From: Alphaproteobacteria bacterium
GTDB lineage: Bacteria > Pseudomonadota > Alphaproteobacteria > UBA7887
Direction of reading: 5' to 3'
Assembly: GCA_965216755.1 (NCBI GenBank)
Contig: CBDCGL010000011.1
Coordinates: 4,416,001 to 4,480,000, forward strand
Length of the DNA stretch: 64,000 bases
The position numbers were made by a program, and so were the translations under genes. Position 1 is the first letter of the stretch; each line of letters begins with the position of its first letter. Shown one piece after another: positions 1 to 11,011 of this stretch. Under the pieces are notes generated by a model. That model searched no databases and had not been told where the DNA came from. It worked only from the letters and a program-made list of their open reading frames with translations.

Positions 1-876
1 GGCGTAAGCGCATTCACCAAGGTTTGGGATCTGCTTGCCCAGCGCTTACGGGCGGTCCCTGAATATGTCGACTTGTTCAAAACGGCGTACCCTGAAATTG
101 CGCGGCCGGACAATATCACCCTGGTCGACGCCGCCAACGCGATCGCTGCTTTTGAGGCAGTTGCCTTTCGCGCCGATAACAGTCCTTTCGATCACTACCT
201 CCGAACCGGTGATCCTGCGACACTTGACCCCGCGGCCCGACGTGGCATGGCGGTGTTCTATGGCAAAGGCGGATGCAACCAATGCCACAGCGGCAGCTTC
301 CAAACTGATCACGGGTTTCATGCCATTGCGATGCCGCAAATTGGCCCGGGCAAAAGCCACGGCACAGACAATGGCTACTGGAATCGGACGGGGTTTTTGG
401 AGCGCCTGGAGGATTGGGGACGCTACGGGTTTACCAAGAAGGCGGACGATAAGTTCCGGTTTCGCACGCCCAGTCTGCGCAACGTCGAACTAACCGGCCC
501 ATGGGGGCATGACGGGGCGTATCGATCGCTTGAAGCTGTGGTTCGTCACCACCTTGATCCCGTGACGGCGCTGCACAACTTTGTTATGGCGGAATCGCGG
601 CTGTATGACTTTGCCAACGCCATTGATCGCCTATCGTTCGAAATTATTGCACCGACTCGTATGCACGACTATCGACGGCGGGCCGAATGGGTCCATAATG
701 CGCCTCGCCTTCGCGCGGCGATCGCGGCTGCCAACGAGCTTCAACCCCGCACGTTGAGCGACGCTGAAATCGCCGACCTGGTGGCGTTTCTTCGCGCGCT
801 CACCGATCCGGCCAGTCGTAACCTCGGCCATTTGATCCCCGATAGGGTGCCGAGTGGTTTGCCGGTCGACCAATGA
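1..876 (+). CDS. Di-heme cytochrome c peroxidase / MauG-family protein, 3' part (5' end outside window)
   Basis: Frame open from base 1. CxxCH heme motif (CNQCH), FRTPSLRNV-x-x-TGPWGHDG motif and LVAFLRALTD C-terminus typical of the CcP/MauG family. Confidence 0.85.
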   Translation, partial: GVSAFTKVWDLLAQRLRAVPEYVDLFKTAYPEIARPDNITLVDAANAIAAFEAVAFRADNSPFDHYLRTGDPATLDPAARRGMAVFYGKGGCNQCHSGSFQTDHGFHAIAMPQIGPGKSHGTDNGYWNRTGFLERLEDWGRYGFTKKADDKFRFRTPSLRNVELTGPWGHDGAYRSLEAVVRHHLDPVTALHNFVMAESRLYDFANAIDRLSFEIIAPTRMHDYRRRAEWVHNAPRLRAAIAAANELQPRTLSDAEIADLVAFLRALTDPASRNLGHLIPDRVPSGLPVDQ

Positions 877-1174
877 AAACCGCAACAATCGCCCGTCGGC
901 GGTCAACCAACTGCCGGCCGGCGGCGCGCAGCGTCCTCATCGCCACAACTCGGCCGCGATCACCATGCCGCTGCAGGGTAGCAATTGTTATTCCGTCATC
1001 GACGGCTCCAGGGTCAATTGGCAGCCGCACGCGGTTATGGTGACCCCACCGGAACTTGTCCATTCGCATCACAATGCGGGCAATGAACATATGACTTGCT
1101 TGATCGTGCAGGACGGTGGTCTCTACTATCATTGTCGCACTATGGGCTTCGCCTATGACGACACGGCGTCCTGA
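854..1174 (+). pseudogene. Cupin-domain protein (gentisate dioxygenase-like), apparently lacking its N-terminal part
   Basis: Cupin motif 1 QRPHRHNSAAIT and motif 2 VTPPELVHSHHN. No convincing start or RBS; the only in-frame start (GTG 854) lies inside the upstream gene. Confidence 0.55.
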
Positions 1175-1232
1175 TCCGTTTGAGAAACGCACCGCGCGCG
1201 CTGCCGACCACGCCTAAGCCGAGGAGGACCCT

Positions 1233-1997
1233 GTGAATCGATTTGATCTGACCGGCCGGGTCGCGGTTGTGACTGGCGGTAATGGCGGCATAGGTCTTGG
1301 CATGGCCCGTGGGCTCGCCGAGGCCGGCGCGAACATCGTCGTAGCCGGACGCAATGAAACGAAGTCGGCCGAAGCTGTTGCCGAACTCCAAGCCCTGGAT
1401 GTTGAAGCCGTGTCCGTGACGCTCGATGTACAGTCGTCGGATTCTTGCGCCGCTTTGATCGATGAGACGGTGTCCCGGTTCGACCGGCTCGATATTTTGG
1501 TCAATAACGCGGGTACGAACATTCGCAAACGACCGGAAGAATTATCTTTGGCCGACTGGCGCACTGTCTTGGATATCAACCTGACCGGTGCATTTTTGTG
1601 TTCTCAAGCAGCGTACCCGGTCATGGCCCGCGCCGGCGGGGGCAAGATCATTAACATTGGTTCGATGATGTCGATATTCGGTGCGTCTTTCACCGCTGCC
1701 TACGCGGCCAGCAAGGGCGGCATTGTGCAAATGACAAAATCCATGGCTTCGGCCTGGGCGGCGGAAAACATTCAGGTGAACGCGGTATTGCCGGGCTGGA
1801 TCGACACCGATCTGACCCGCATCGGCCGGCGCGAGATCGAGGGCCTGCATGAGAGAGTGGTTGCGCGCACACCGGCCGGGCGTTGGGGAGTCGGTGAGGA
1901 CATGGCCGGCGTCGCAGTCTTTCTGGCCAGCGCGGCATCCGATTTTGTCACCGGCACCGCGATCCCAGTTGACGGGGGCTTTTCGGTACAAGGCTAA
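1233..1997 (+). CDS. SDR oxidoreductase (KduD/gluconate dehydrogenase-like)
   Basis: TGGNGGIG Rossmann motif, NNAG, YAASK catalytic motif; RBS GAGGAGG before GTG. Confidence 0.9.
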   Translation: MNRFDLTGRVAVVTGGNGGIGLGMARGLAEAGANIVVAGRNETKSAEAVAELQALDVEAVSVTLDVQSSDSCAALIDETVSRFDRLDILVNNAGTNIRKRPEELSLADWRTVLDINLTGAFLCSQAAYPVMARAGGGKIINIGSMMSIFGASFTAAYAASKGGIVQMTKSMASAWAAENIQVNAVLPGWIDTDLTRIGRREIEGLHERVVARTPAGRWGVGEDMAGVAVFLASAASDFVTGTAIPVDGGFSVQG

Positions 1998-2039
1998 GCG
2001 CATTGATTGTCTAGAGAATTGCAACATTGGGGGCAGCTT

Positions 2040-2630
2040 ATGAAAGTTCGATGTGGCGTCGTGATACTGGCTTTGTTCGGCGCCGGATTGGCGGCGTGTA
2101 CAGGAAGTCCGATTAGTCCGGTGACTTTGGCGCAGCGGGCGCTTGAGGACCGAAGCAGTGAAGATATTGCGACCGATACGGCAATATTCACGGCCGCCAA
2201 TACGATCATGGCCGGAGAGAAGACCCTGTCACTGTCAACGCTGGTCTATGAACAGGTGTTGGTGGTCTATGGCTTGGAAACCGATCGCGAAACCTACGAT
2301 ACGGTCCGCGCGGAGATGGCCGAGATCGAGGATGTCAAGACTCTGCATTGGGAAGCCGTCTATATGACGGAGGCTGAAAAAGAAGCCGCCGACGAGCAGA
2401 TTCTTGGAATCGCCGATACCTTGCGCATCCAAGCCGAGGTTGAGGCCGACTGGCTCGATACCGAGGGTATTGAAAGCCTGAATTTTCGCGTCGGCGTCGA
2501 TCCCCAAGGCACTGCCTTCTTGTTGGGGCGGGCAAAGTCCGCCGAGGAACATCAAAAGGTGGTCGATGTCGCGCGCGCCATCGACGGCGTCCAAAGGGTC
2601 GTTGACTACACATATGTCATAAGCTCGTAG
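2040..2630 (+). CDS. BON-domain lipoprotein (OsmY/DolP-like)
   Basis: Signal peptide with lipobox LAAC; EDRSSEDIATD and C-terminal ARAIDGVQRVVDY are BON-like segments. Confidence 0.7.
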   Translation: MKVRCGVVILALFGAGLAACTGSPISPVTLAQRALEDRSSEDIATDTAIFTAANTIMAGEKTLSLSTLVYEQVLVVYGLETDRETYDTVRAEMAEIEDVKTLHWEAVYMTEAEKEAADEQILGIADTLRIQAEVEADWLDTEGIESLNFRVGVDPQGTAFLLGRAKSAEEHQKVVDVARAIDGVQRVVDYTYVISS

Positions 2631-2936
2631 TTTTCGCGGTCTCGTGCTGCAATCCGACGACGAATGGCGGTGAGCCCCACAGCCGGCAGGTGCGCGAATC
2701 GAGCCTGCCGATCGCCGTAAGGCCTTTTGGTCTTTGGCGTTGCCGTCTTGGCGTCGGCGATTGTGGTGAACGCCCGCACAGCCAAGGCGTGTCGTTGGTC
2801 CTAACCTATGTTAAGGCCGAGATAGACACCGGGATCGAGGAATAGGCAACAGTGCCGCGTCAGTTCGCCTCGGCTGATCTTGCGAGGTTGACGTCAACTG
2901 TGCACTGGGTGCAGAACTCAAAAGGGGGGCCGCAAC

Positions 2937-3809
2937 ATGCGGGGTGTTCGATTTAATTTACCCGGCAGTCTCTTATGCCGGCATGTCCTCGCAATTCTCA
3001 GCGCATGGATGGCCATCCCGGCGGCGGCCTTGGCCCAAGAGACAGGACAGCCATTTGATTGGCAATTGGGGCTGCAAGGTGCCGCGTCCCCGATCATGGA
3101 ACAGATGGTTGGTTTCCATGACATGCTGCTGGTGATCATCACCTTGATCGCATTGTTCGTGTTGGCACTGATGGTTTACGTGCTGGTGCGTTTCAATGCC
3201 AAGGCCAACCCGGTTCCGTCCAAGACCACACACAACACGTTGCTCGAAGTGCTGTGGACCGTGGTGCCGATCGCCATCCTGGTGCTGATCGCGGTGCCCA
3301 GCTTCAAATTGCTGTACTACCAAGGCGTGTCGCCACCCGCCGATATGACGGTCAAGGCGATTGGACATCAATGGTATTGGACCTACGAATATCCGGACGA
3401 AGGGTTCACGTTTGACGCGTTCATGTTGGACGACGACTCGCTCGAGCCGGGCCAACCGCGGCTTCTTGCCACCGACTACGACGTCGTTTTGCCGGTGGGC
3501 AAGGTCGTTCGACTGATTACCACCGCCGACGATGTTATTCATTCCTGGGCGATCCCAGCTTTGGGAATCAAGCTCGATTCGATTCCGGGTCGCGCCAACG
3601 AAACGTGGCTCTATATCGATCAGCCGGGCATGTATTACGGACAATGTTCCGAGCTGTGTGGCGTCAATCACGCGTTCATGCCGATCGCGGTGCGCGCGCT
3701 GTCGGAAGATGACTATAACGCTTGGCTTACGACCGCACGTGAGGAGTTTGCTCGCATCGGGGATGGGCCAATCGTCGCGCAGAGCGCCGCATCAGCCAGC
3801 AACGAATAG
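2937..3809 (+). CDS. coxB: Cytochrome c oxidase subunit II (aa3 type)
   Basis: GHQWYWTYEY, DVIHSW and CuA motif CSELCGVNHAFM. Confidence 0.97.
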   Translation: MRGVRFNLPGSLLCRHVLAILSAWMAIPAAALAQETGQPFDWQLGLQGAASPIMEQMVGFHDMLLVIITLIALFVLALMVYVLVRFNAKANPVPSKTTHNTLLEVLWTVVPIAILVLIAVPSFKLLYYQGVSPPADMTVKAIGHQWYWTYEYPDEGFTFDAFMLDDDSLEPGQPRLLATDYDVVLPVGKVVRLITTADDVIHSWAIPALGIKLDSIPGRANETWLYIDQPGMYYGQCSELCGVNHAFMPIAVRALSEDDYNAWLTTAREEFARIGDGPIVAQSAASASNE

Positions 3810-5438
<1,629 letters not shown>

Positions 5439-5488
5439 AAAACGTTCCAGATCCCTTTCAAGGGGGCTTCAATCGACGCAAATTTGGG

Positions 5489-5520
5489 GTGTGCCGCACG
5501 CTACGGCACACTCTTTTTTT
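5489..5520 (+). terminator. Rho-independent terminator after coxA
   Basis: Stem GTGTGCCG / CGGCACAC with 7-nt loop, followed by TCTTTTTTT. Confidence 0.85.
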
Positions 5521-5536
5521 ATTGTCGGAAAGCGCG

Positions 5537-6934
5537 CTAAATGGCCTTCGCATGTCGCGCCGCGTCGTCCCGCAAGTAAGCATCGAACGCGGCGCAGGCG
5601 GCGCGTACAAACGGCCGGCCGGCTTCAGTCACTTGAATACGCCAGCCATCCCGCCGTACCAGGCCGTCCGCGGCCATGGCATCGAGCGGCGCCAAGCTCG
5701 ATTGGAAGTGGGAGGTCGGTACGTCATAGGCGTCACATAATGCCGCGACGTCGACGTTCAGCGCACACATCAATTGTTCAATGATCGCACGCCGAAGGCG
5801 GTCGTCGTCATCGATTGACCGGCCCCGAACCGTCGCCAACGCGGACGCATCGATAGCCTCGACATACGCACGCGGGTCCGGCTCGCTCTGAACATATCCT
5901 TGTGGCAGGGCACCGATGGCTGAAGCGCCGAAACCAAGCAAGGCTGTGCCACGATCCGTCGTATAGCCCTGAAAATTCCGCCGCATCGTACCAGCGGCCG
6001 CGGCGACCGCCAGGGGGTCATCGGCGCGGGCGAAATGATCCAACCCGATCGGCTGGTAATCGGCAGCGCGCAGTCTATCGTAGACCGCGTCAAATTGACG
6101 CAAGCGCTGATGGCTGCCGGGCAAGGCGTCATCATCGATCAGACGCTGGTGTCGTTTCATCCAGGGCACGTGGGCGTAGCCGAACAAGGCGATGCGGGCT
6201 GGTGCCAAACCGATCACCTGGTCGACAGTGGCGACGACGTCATCCAAGGATTGGTGCGGCAAGCCATACATCAGATCGATGTTGATTGCGGTGATCCCGG
6301 CGCCGCGTAGGCGCGCCACGGCATCGGCCGTGACGTCGTATGGCTGAATGCGGTTGATCGCCCGTTGGACACGCGCCGACAAGTCTTGCACGCCCAGACT
6401 CGCACGTGTGAAGCCAAGTGCTGCGAGCGTTTCGACAGTTTCATCCGACAATGTTCGCGGGTCGATCTCGATCGCCCATTCCGTCATGTCGTGGCCGGCA
6501 AAGCCGGCGCGCACGTGCTCGGCCAGTCGTTGCATCAATTCCGGTGGCAAAATGGTCGGTGTGCCGCCGCCAAAATGCACATGATCGACCTGGCGATGTG
6601 AACCCAGCGCGTCGATCACAGTTTCTACTTCGCGGATTAGGGTGTCGCAGTAGGTTCGCAATGGTGCGTTACGCCGGACAACCCGCATATTGCAGCCGCA
6701 GAACCAGCACAGGCTGCGACAAAACGGCACGTGAAAATAGAGCGACAGGGACATATCACGCGGTAAATCGGCCAACCACGCGCGATAAACCTCGCGGGTC
6801 ACGCCGACGTGGAAATGGGGCGCGGTTGGATAGCTGGTGTAACGCGGCAGGCGCCGGTCGTATTTTGCAGCGAGCGTTTCGCGGTTCATGGCGCGCATCA
6901 TGGCGGCTGTATGCCGCTCGGCCTTAAAATGCAT
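5537..6934 (-). CDS. hemN: Oxygen-independent coproporphyrinogen III oxidase (radical SAM); true start may be 6889
   Basis: PRYTSYPTA, CxxxCxxC (CRSLCWFC), HFGGGTPT, DLMYGLP, RRNFQGY. Confidence 0.95.
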   Translation of the reverse strand: MHFKAERHTAAMMRAMNRETLAAKYDRRLPRYTSYPTAPHFHVGVTREVYRAWLADLPRDMSLSLYFHVPFCRSLCWFCGCNMRVVRRNAPLRTYCDTLIREVETVIDALGSHRQVDHVHFGGGTPTILPPELMQRLAEHVRAGFAGHDMTEWAIEIDPRTLSDETVETLAALGFTRASLGVQDLSARVQRAINRIQPYDVTADAVARLRGAGITAINIDLMYGLPHQSLDDVVATVDQVIGLAPARIALFGYAHVPWMKRHQRLIDDDALPGSHQRLRQFDAVYDRLRAADYQPIGLDHFARADDPLAVAAAAGTMRRNFQGYTTDRGTALLGFGASAIGALPQGYVQSEPDPRAYVEAIDASALATVRGRSIDDDDRLRRAIIEQLMCALNVDVAALCDAYDVPTSHFQSSLAPLDAMAADGLVRRDGWRIQVTEAGRPFVRAACAAFDAYLRDDAARHAKAI

Positions 6935-6964
6935 TAGCGGATTAAGATGACATCCGAGGCGGGG

Positions 6965-7222
6965 TCAGCATTCGTTGAGTGTGCCATCCGGCGCGTGACA
7001 GGCGGGTCTGAGAACGTATTCCGGTGGGCAAGTCGCGTCGCCGGTTTCGGTCCAAACGACCGGCTGTGGTGGGTCGGTCAGGGATGACCGCGCGACCGGC
7101 ATGCAGACGCAATCGCGAAATTGGCATGCTCCTTCCAAGCCTTCGGTGGGCGCCCGTGTGCCCACGCATCCCGCCGTCGCGCACCCGAGTGCCGCCCACA
7201 TCGCGGCGATCCGCCACATCAT
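6965..7222 (-). CDS. Small Cys-rich putative lipoprotein
   Basis: AAGGA upstream, hydrophobic N-terminus ending in lipobox-like TAGC, six further Cys; 30 bp upstream of hemN on the same strand. Confidence 0.55.
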   Translation of the reverse strand: MMWRIAAMWAALGCATAGCVGTRAPTEGLEGACQFRDCVCMPVARSSLTDPPQPVVWTETGDATCPPEYVLRPACHAPDGTLNEC

Positions 7223-7335
7223 CTTGGTCCCATTCCTTGCTCTTTCTGGTCATAAATGGTGGTGTATAAGTTTATGTAAGTCAGTAAGTTTCATCTATTG
7301 TCTTAGGCTGTATCTTAAGTTCAAAGGCGCCCGGA

Positions 7336-8487
7336 TCACAATTCTGCGGCGGCGATATCGGCGCCTTCGCGCAACGTTCTTAACTTTGCCCAAACCACGT
7401 CGGGTGCGACAAAAGAATCTCCAGCCAGGGTCCCGAAACCGCAGTCGGTGCCGACGATGATTCGCGTGCGGTCACCCACCGCGGCCACAGCACGGCCGAT
7501 GCGCTCGGCGACAACGCGGGGATGTTCAACATAATTGTTCGTGGTCTCGATGACGCCCGGCACCAAGGTCACGTCGTTCGGCAGTGTCGCCGTGCGAAAC
7601 GCGTCGATCTCGTGTTGGTGGCGCGGGTTGGCATACGGCAAACAGATCGCGCCGACATGCGCTTCATAGATCAGCGGCAATATGTCTGGACTGGGGACAT
7701 CGTGAACATGCGGGCTATCGCGATTGCCCCAGCAGGCGTGCAGGCGCACCCGATCCGGCGGGATTTCACCCAGCGCGCGATTGATCGCGGCGATGTGCAT
7801 TTCCACACATGACAGAAATTCAGTGTGGCTCTTGTCTTGAAAGAAGCCGGCCCGTTCCATGGCAATGTCCGGCGCATCGACTTGCAATGTGAAGCCGGCT
7901 TCAACGACCAGCCGATACTCTTTGGCAATTTCGTCGGCGACTGCGAACAAATATGCCTCGTGGCTGTCGTAATACTGATTCATCAATGTCGTGGTCACTA
8001 TTCCCGGTGACGCGGCGGTCACGAAAGCGTCCGTGACGGTGCGGCCCCGTGCCTGCAAGCAATCACGAAACATCGCGCATTCGTCGCGTGCGGGACCCAA
8101 ATCATGATATTGGACGGGCGCGATGGCAGCTGGCGCGTCATAGACCCGGGCACGCCGCACGCCGCTGCCGCGAATTTGTGCCAACCATTCGGGAAAGAGC
8201 TTGGCATCCAGTGGCAATGGCCGGTTCGATTGGCCGCCAAAGCCGGCCATGCGCTGGGCGACGTAGGTCGAAAAACTAATGCGCGGGATCTCTCCATCAC
8301 CGATGATGTCGATGCCGCATGCGATCTGTTTATCCACTGCGCTGGCCATCGCCCGCGCGCATTCGTCACGGAGGGCCACGGGGTCGACGGTCTCGTTGTT
8401 TTCCGTCGCCAGCAACAAGGTGGCGAGCGGTTCACCGCGCGGCAGGCTGCCCATATGGGTGGTCAGGAATCGGTCGGAAGAAGCCAT
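7336..8487 (-). CDS. Cobalamin-independent methionine synthase II family protein (MetE C-terminal-like)
   Basis: TTHMGSLPR, GDGE, LQVDAPD, Zn ligands in LHACWGN and GTDCGFGT, PGVIETTNNYVEHP. Confidence 0.9.
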   Translation of the reverse strand: MASSDRFLTTHMGSLPRGEPLATLLLATENNETVDPVALRDECARAMASAVDKQIACGIDIIGDGEIPRISFSTYVAQRMAGFGGQSNRPLPLDAKLFPEWLAQIRGSGVRRARVYDAPAAIAPVQYHDLGPARDECAMFRDCLQARGRTVTDAFVTAASPGIVTTTLMNQYYDSHEAYLFAVADEIAKEYRLVVEAGFTLQVDAPDIAMERAGFFQDKSHTEFLSCVEMHIAAINRALGEIPPDRVRLHACWGNRDSPHVHDVPSPDILPLIYEAHVGAICLPYANPRHQHEIDAFRTATLPNDVTLVPGVIETTNNYVEHPRVVAERIGRAVAAVGDRTRIIVGTDCGFGTLAGDSFVAPDVVWAKLRTLREGADIAAAEL

Positions 8488-8520
8488 GCTGCATTTTCGA
8501 CGAAATTCGTTGTCGGTTCC

Positions 8521-8967
8521 ATGAGCATGGCGGTGCATGGCGTTGGCTGGTCATTTGACGCCGATAATATGCCGGCGGCAAAAGGCGCTTATGTCTTGTG
8601 GCTGAGGATCCAACCCGACCTTTGGTTAGCGCGGTTTGGGCGCGTTCTGGCGCGGGGCTCATATTGTTATGTCGGCAGCGCCCGTGGGCCCGGGGGGCTG
8701 CGCGCTCGGTGCGGGCGCCATTTGCGCGGAGACGGGCGGCGCCACTGGCACGTTGACGATCTAACCGCTGTCGCCGCTTCTCGTGCCGTTTTGGCGGTCG
8801 TCGACGGCGATGAATGTGCTTTGGCGCGACGACTGGTTCAGCGGTGTGGGGCGCAGCCTGAAATATCGGGCTTTGGCAGCAGCGACTGTCGCAGCTGTGT
8901 GACCCATCTTCTCCGCATGCCACAGGTTGCGACAGGCCAACCACCGCCGCATTCGCTGTTCGATTGA
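8521..8967 (+). CDS. GIY-YIG (Uri superfamily, DUF123) nuclease-like protein
   Basis: GAYVL...YCYVGSARGPGGL.AR..RH, HWHVD, EC.LA, GFGSSDC..C..HL. Confidence 0.8.
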   Translation: MSMAVHGVGWSFDADNMPAAKGAYVLWLRIQPDLWLARFGRVLARGSYCYVGSARGPGGLRARCGRHLRGDGRRHWHVDDLTAVAASRAVLAVVDGDECALARRLVQRCGAQPEISGFGSSDCRSCVTHLLRMPQVATGQPPPHSLFD

Positions 8968-9162
8968 AGGATTTGAACTTGGCGCCGTCGGCCATGCGTA
9001 GGGATCACGCCAGCCCATTGGGGTTTGGAATGCCAGCTATTCACTGAATATCGCAAAATCCAGGCGTTAGAATTGGCACGAACATGGCGCTCGGGCACCT
9101 GGCACGGCTGTCGCCCGGGTGCGCCGAGAGAAACGTCCATGCGATGTGAAGGAGGTTTGTTC

Positions 9163-10989
9163 ATGTTATCGCGATCGGTTGGCAGAGCGGCCGCCTTGTT
9201 GCTTGGCGGGTTTTTGATGCTATCTGTTGCGGCGGGCGCCGCCGCGGCGGCGGACTGGCAGGGCGATCTGTCACCGATTGGGCCTGAAGACTGGACCCGA
9301 GACCGCGCGGCGCATCTGTTGGAGCGCGCCGGCTTCGGAGGTACGCCGGCGGATATCGATCGTCTGGCCGCGATGAGCCCGGACGCTGCCGTACGACATC
9401 TCGTAAATTATGAGTCCGTTGATAACAGCCACTTGCCGGCATTCGATCATTCCGGAGTTCATGATCCAGGGCTGATTGATTTTCCGCCGAGCCGGCCGGC
9501 GACGACGCAGCTCGCCAAAGAAGCCGGTGAGGCGCTTGGCATAAAAGTTAAGCCGTCTGGCAACCGGCCACTGCAACCTGTTGTTAATAAATTCTTTTAC
9601 TGGCTGCGCGCCAGCATGCTGGAGACCCGCCGCGTGGCCTATTGGTGGGCCGACCGCATGCTCAATGGCGAACGCCCTTTGGAAGAAAAAATGACCCTGT
9701 TCTGGCATGGCCACTTTGCCAATAGCGAAAGCAAGGTGCGCGATTACCGGAAGATGCTGCAGCAAAACGAGACGTTTCGGCGTCACGCCACGGGGAATTT
9801 TCGCACTTTGATGGTCGCTGTCGCGCAAGATCCGGCGATGCTCTATTTCCTCGATGCTGGCGTTAATGTGAAAGGCGCGCCGAACGAGAATTTTGCCCGC
9901 GAGATCATGGAACTGTTCACGATGGGCGTGGGCAACTACAGCGAAACGGATATTCGCGAAGCGGCGCGGGCCTTTACGGGATGGAATTCCGACGACCTCA
10001 CGTTCATCATCCATTCCGACCTGCACGACGAAAGCGAGAAAACTGTCTTGGGTCGAACCGGCGCGTATGACGGCGTCGAGGTTATCGACATCATCATGGA
10101 TCAGCCGATCACGGCCTCTTATGTGTCAGGCAAGTTGTATCGCTATTTTGTGCGCGATGCGCTGTCGGAGGATCTGCGTGATCAACTGGCCGCAATTCTC
10201 CGCGACAGTAATTATGAGCTGAAACCGCTGTTGCGGACTATTTTCCTGTCGCGAGATTTTTACAGTGAGGCGACGATTGGCACCCGCTTCAAGGGCCCCG
10301 TCGAGCTTGCAGTATCGACATACAAAAAGCTTGGCCTTTCCGAGATCCCGGGCATTCCGGATTTCAACGAAGTCACGTCGAGTCTGGGGCAAACTCTTTT
10401 TTGGCCGCCGACTGTGGCTGGTTGGGCGCACGGGCGAAGCTGGATCACGCCCGGCTTGTTGTTGGAGCGTGGCAACTTCGCACGTAACGTTTTGTTTCCT
10501 GATATCAACTTTCTGCCGCACGATCGTTATCCTGCGGATGGCACGATTCGGGCCGTCAATGAACGCATCAAAGATGGTGCAGACATCACGAGGGCGACCA
10601 TTCCCCAGTCGGATGCCTCCGGCGGCATGATGGCTGAATCGAACATGATGGCTGACCGCGACGAGGACTTTAACACGCGCTTTGGATCGTACCGTGGCTG
10701 GCAGATGGCCATACAACGGGTTAAGCAGATCCCCCGCGATACCGCGCGCATTGACTTGTCGGGTATGGTGCTGGATGCGGGCTTGCAAACCAGCGAGCAA
10801 GTCGTCGACTATTTCTTGGCGCGTTTTCTGGCGGTGCCGATCGGCGCGAAAGAACGCGATATGCTAATCGCGTTTTTGGATGAAGAATTGGGCACGGCGG
10901 ACATCGCGCGTGCCGAAACCTATTTGGAGGATCCTTTACGGATGCTTCTGCACTTGATTATGAGCCAGCCGGAATATCAACTTGGCTGA
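9163..10989 (+). CDS. DUF1800 family exported protein
   Basis: Signal peptide; AAHLLERAGFG, LEEKMTLFWHGHFA, PNENFAREIMELFTMG, PPTVAGW, C-terminal PEYQL; RBS GAAGGAGG. Confidence 0.9.
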   Translation: MLSRSVGRAAALLLGGFLMLSVAAGAAAAADWQGDLSPIGPEDWTRDRAAHLLERAGFGGTPADIDRLAAMSPDAAVRHLVNYESVDNSHLPAFDHSGVHDPGLIDFPPSRPATTQLAKEAGEALGIKVKPSGNRPLQPVVNKFFYWLRASMLETRRVAYWWADRMLNGERPLEEKMTLFWHGHFANSESKVRDYRKMLQQNETFRRHATGNFRTLMVAVAQDPAMLYFLDAGVNVKGAPNENFAREIMELFTMGVGNYSETDIREAARAFTGWNSDDLTFIIHSDLHDESEKTVLGRTGAYDGVEVIDIIMDQPITASYVSGKLYRYFVRDALSEDLRDQLAAILRDSNYELKPLLRTIFLSRDFYSEATIGTRFKGPVELAVSTYKKLGLSEIPGIPDFNEVTSSLGQTLFWPPTVAGWAHGRSWITPGLLLERGNFARNVLFPDINFLPHDRYPADGTIRAVNERIKDGADITRATIPQSDASGGMMAESNMMADRDEDFNTRFGSYRGWQMAIQRVKQIPRDTARIDLSGMVLDAGLQTSEQVVDYFLARFLAVPIGAKERDMLIAFLDEELGTADIARAETYLEDPLRMLLHLIMSQPEYQLG

Positions 10990-11011
10990 TGGCGTGAGGA
11001 GGGTTGATCCC

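Noticed and set aside
2660-2805. Hydrophobic stretch GLLVFGVAVLASAIVV between the BON gene and coxB
   Set aside because: Preceded by an in-frame stop, with no start, RBS or recognisable homology.
2801-2815. CtrA-like site CTAACCTATGTTAAG
   Set aside because: Spacer is 6 nt, not the 7 nt of TTAA-N7-TTAA, and one half-site is imperfect.
8104-8520. N-terminal half of the 287-aa ORF that would make a GIY-YIG fusion
   Set aside because: Overlaps the MetE-like gene antisense; the DUF123 motifs start after 8521.
9073-9115. Two TGGCACG motifs upstream of DUF1800 (sigma54 -24-like)
   Set aside because: The -12 positions read TGGC and TCGC rather than TTGC; too weak in GC-rich DNA.
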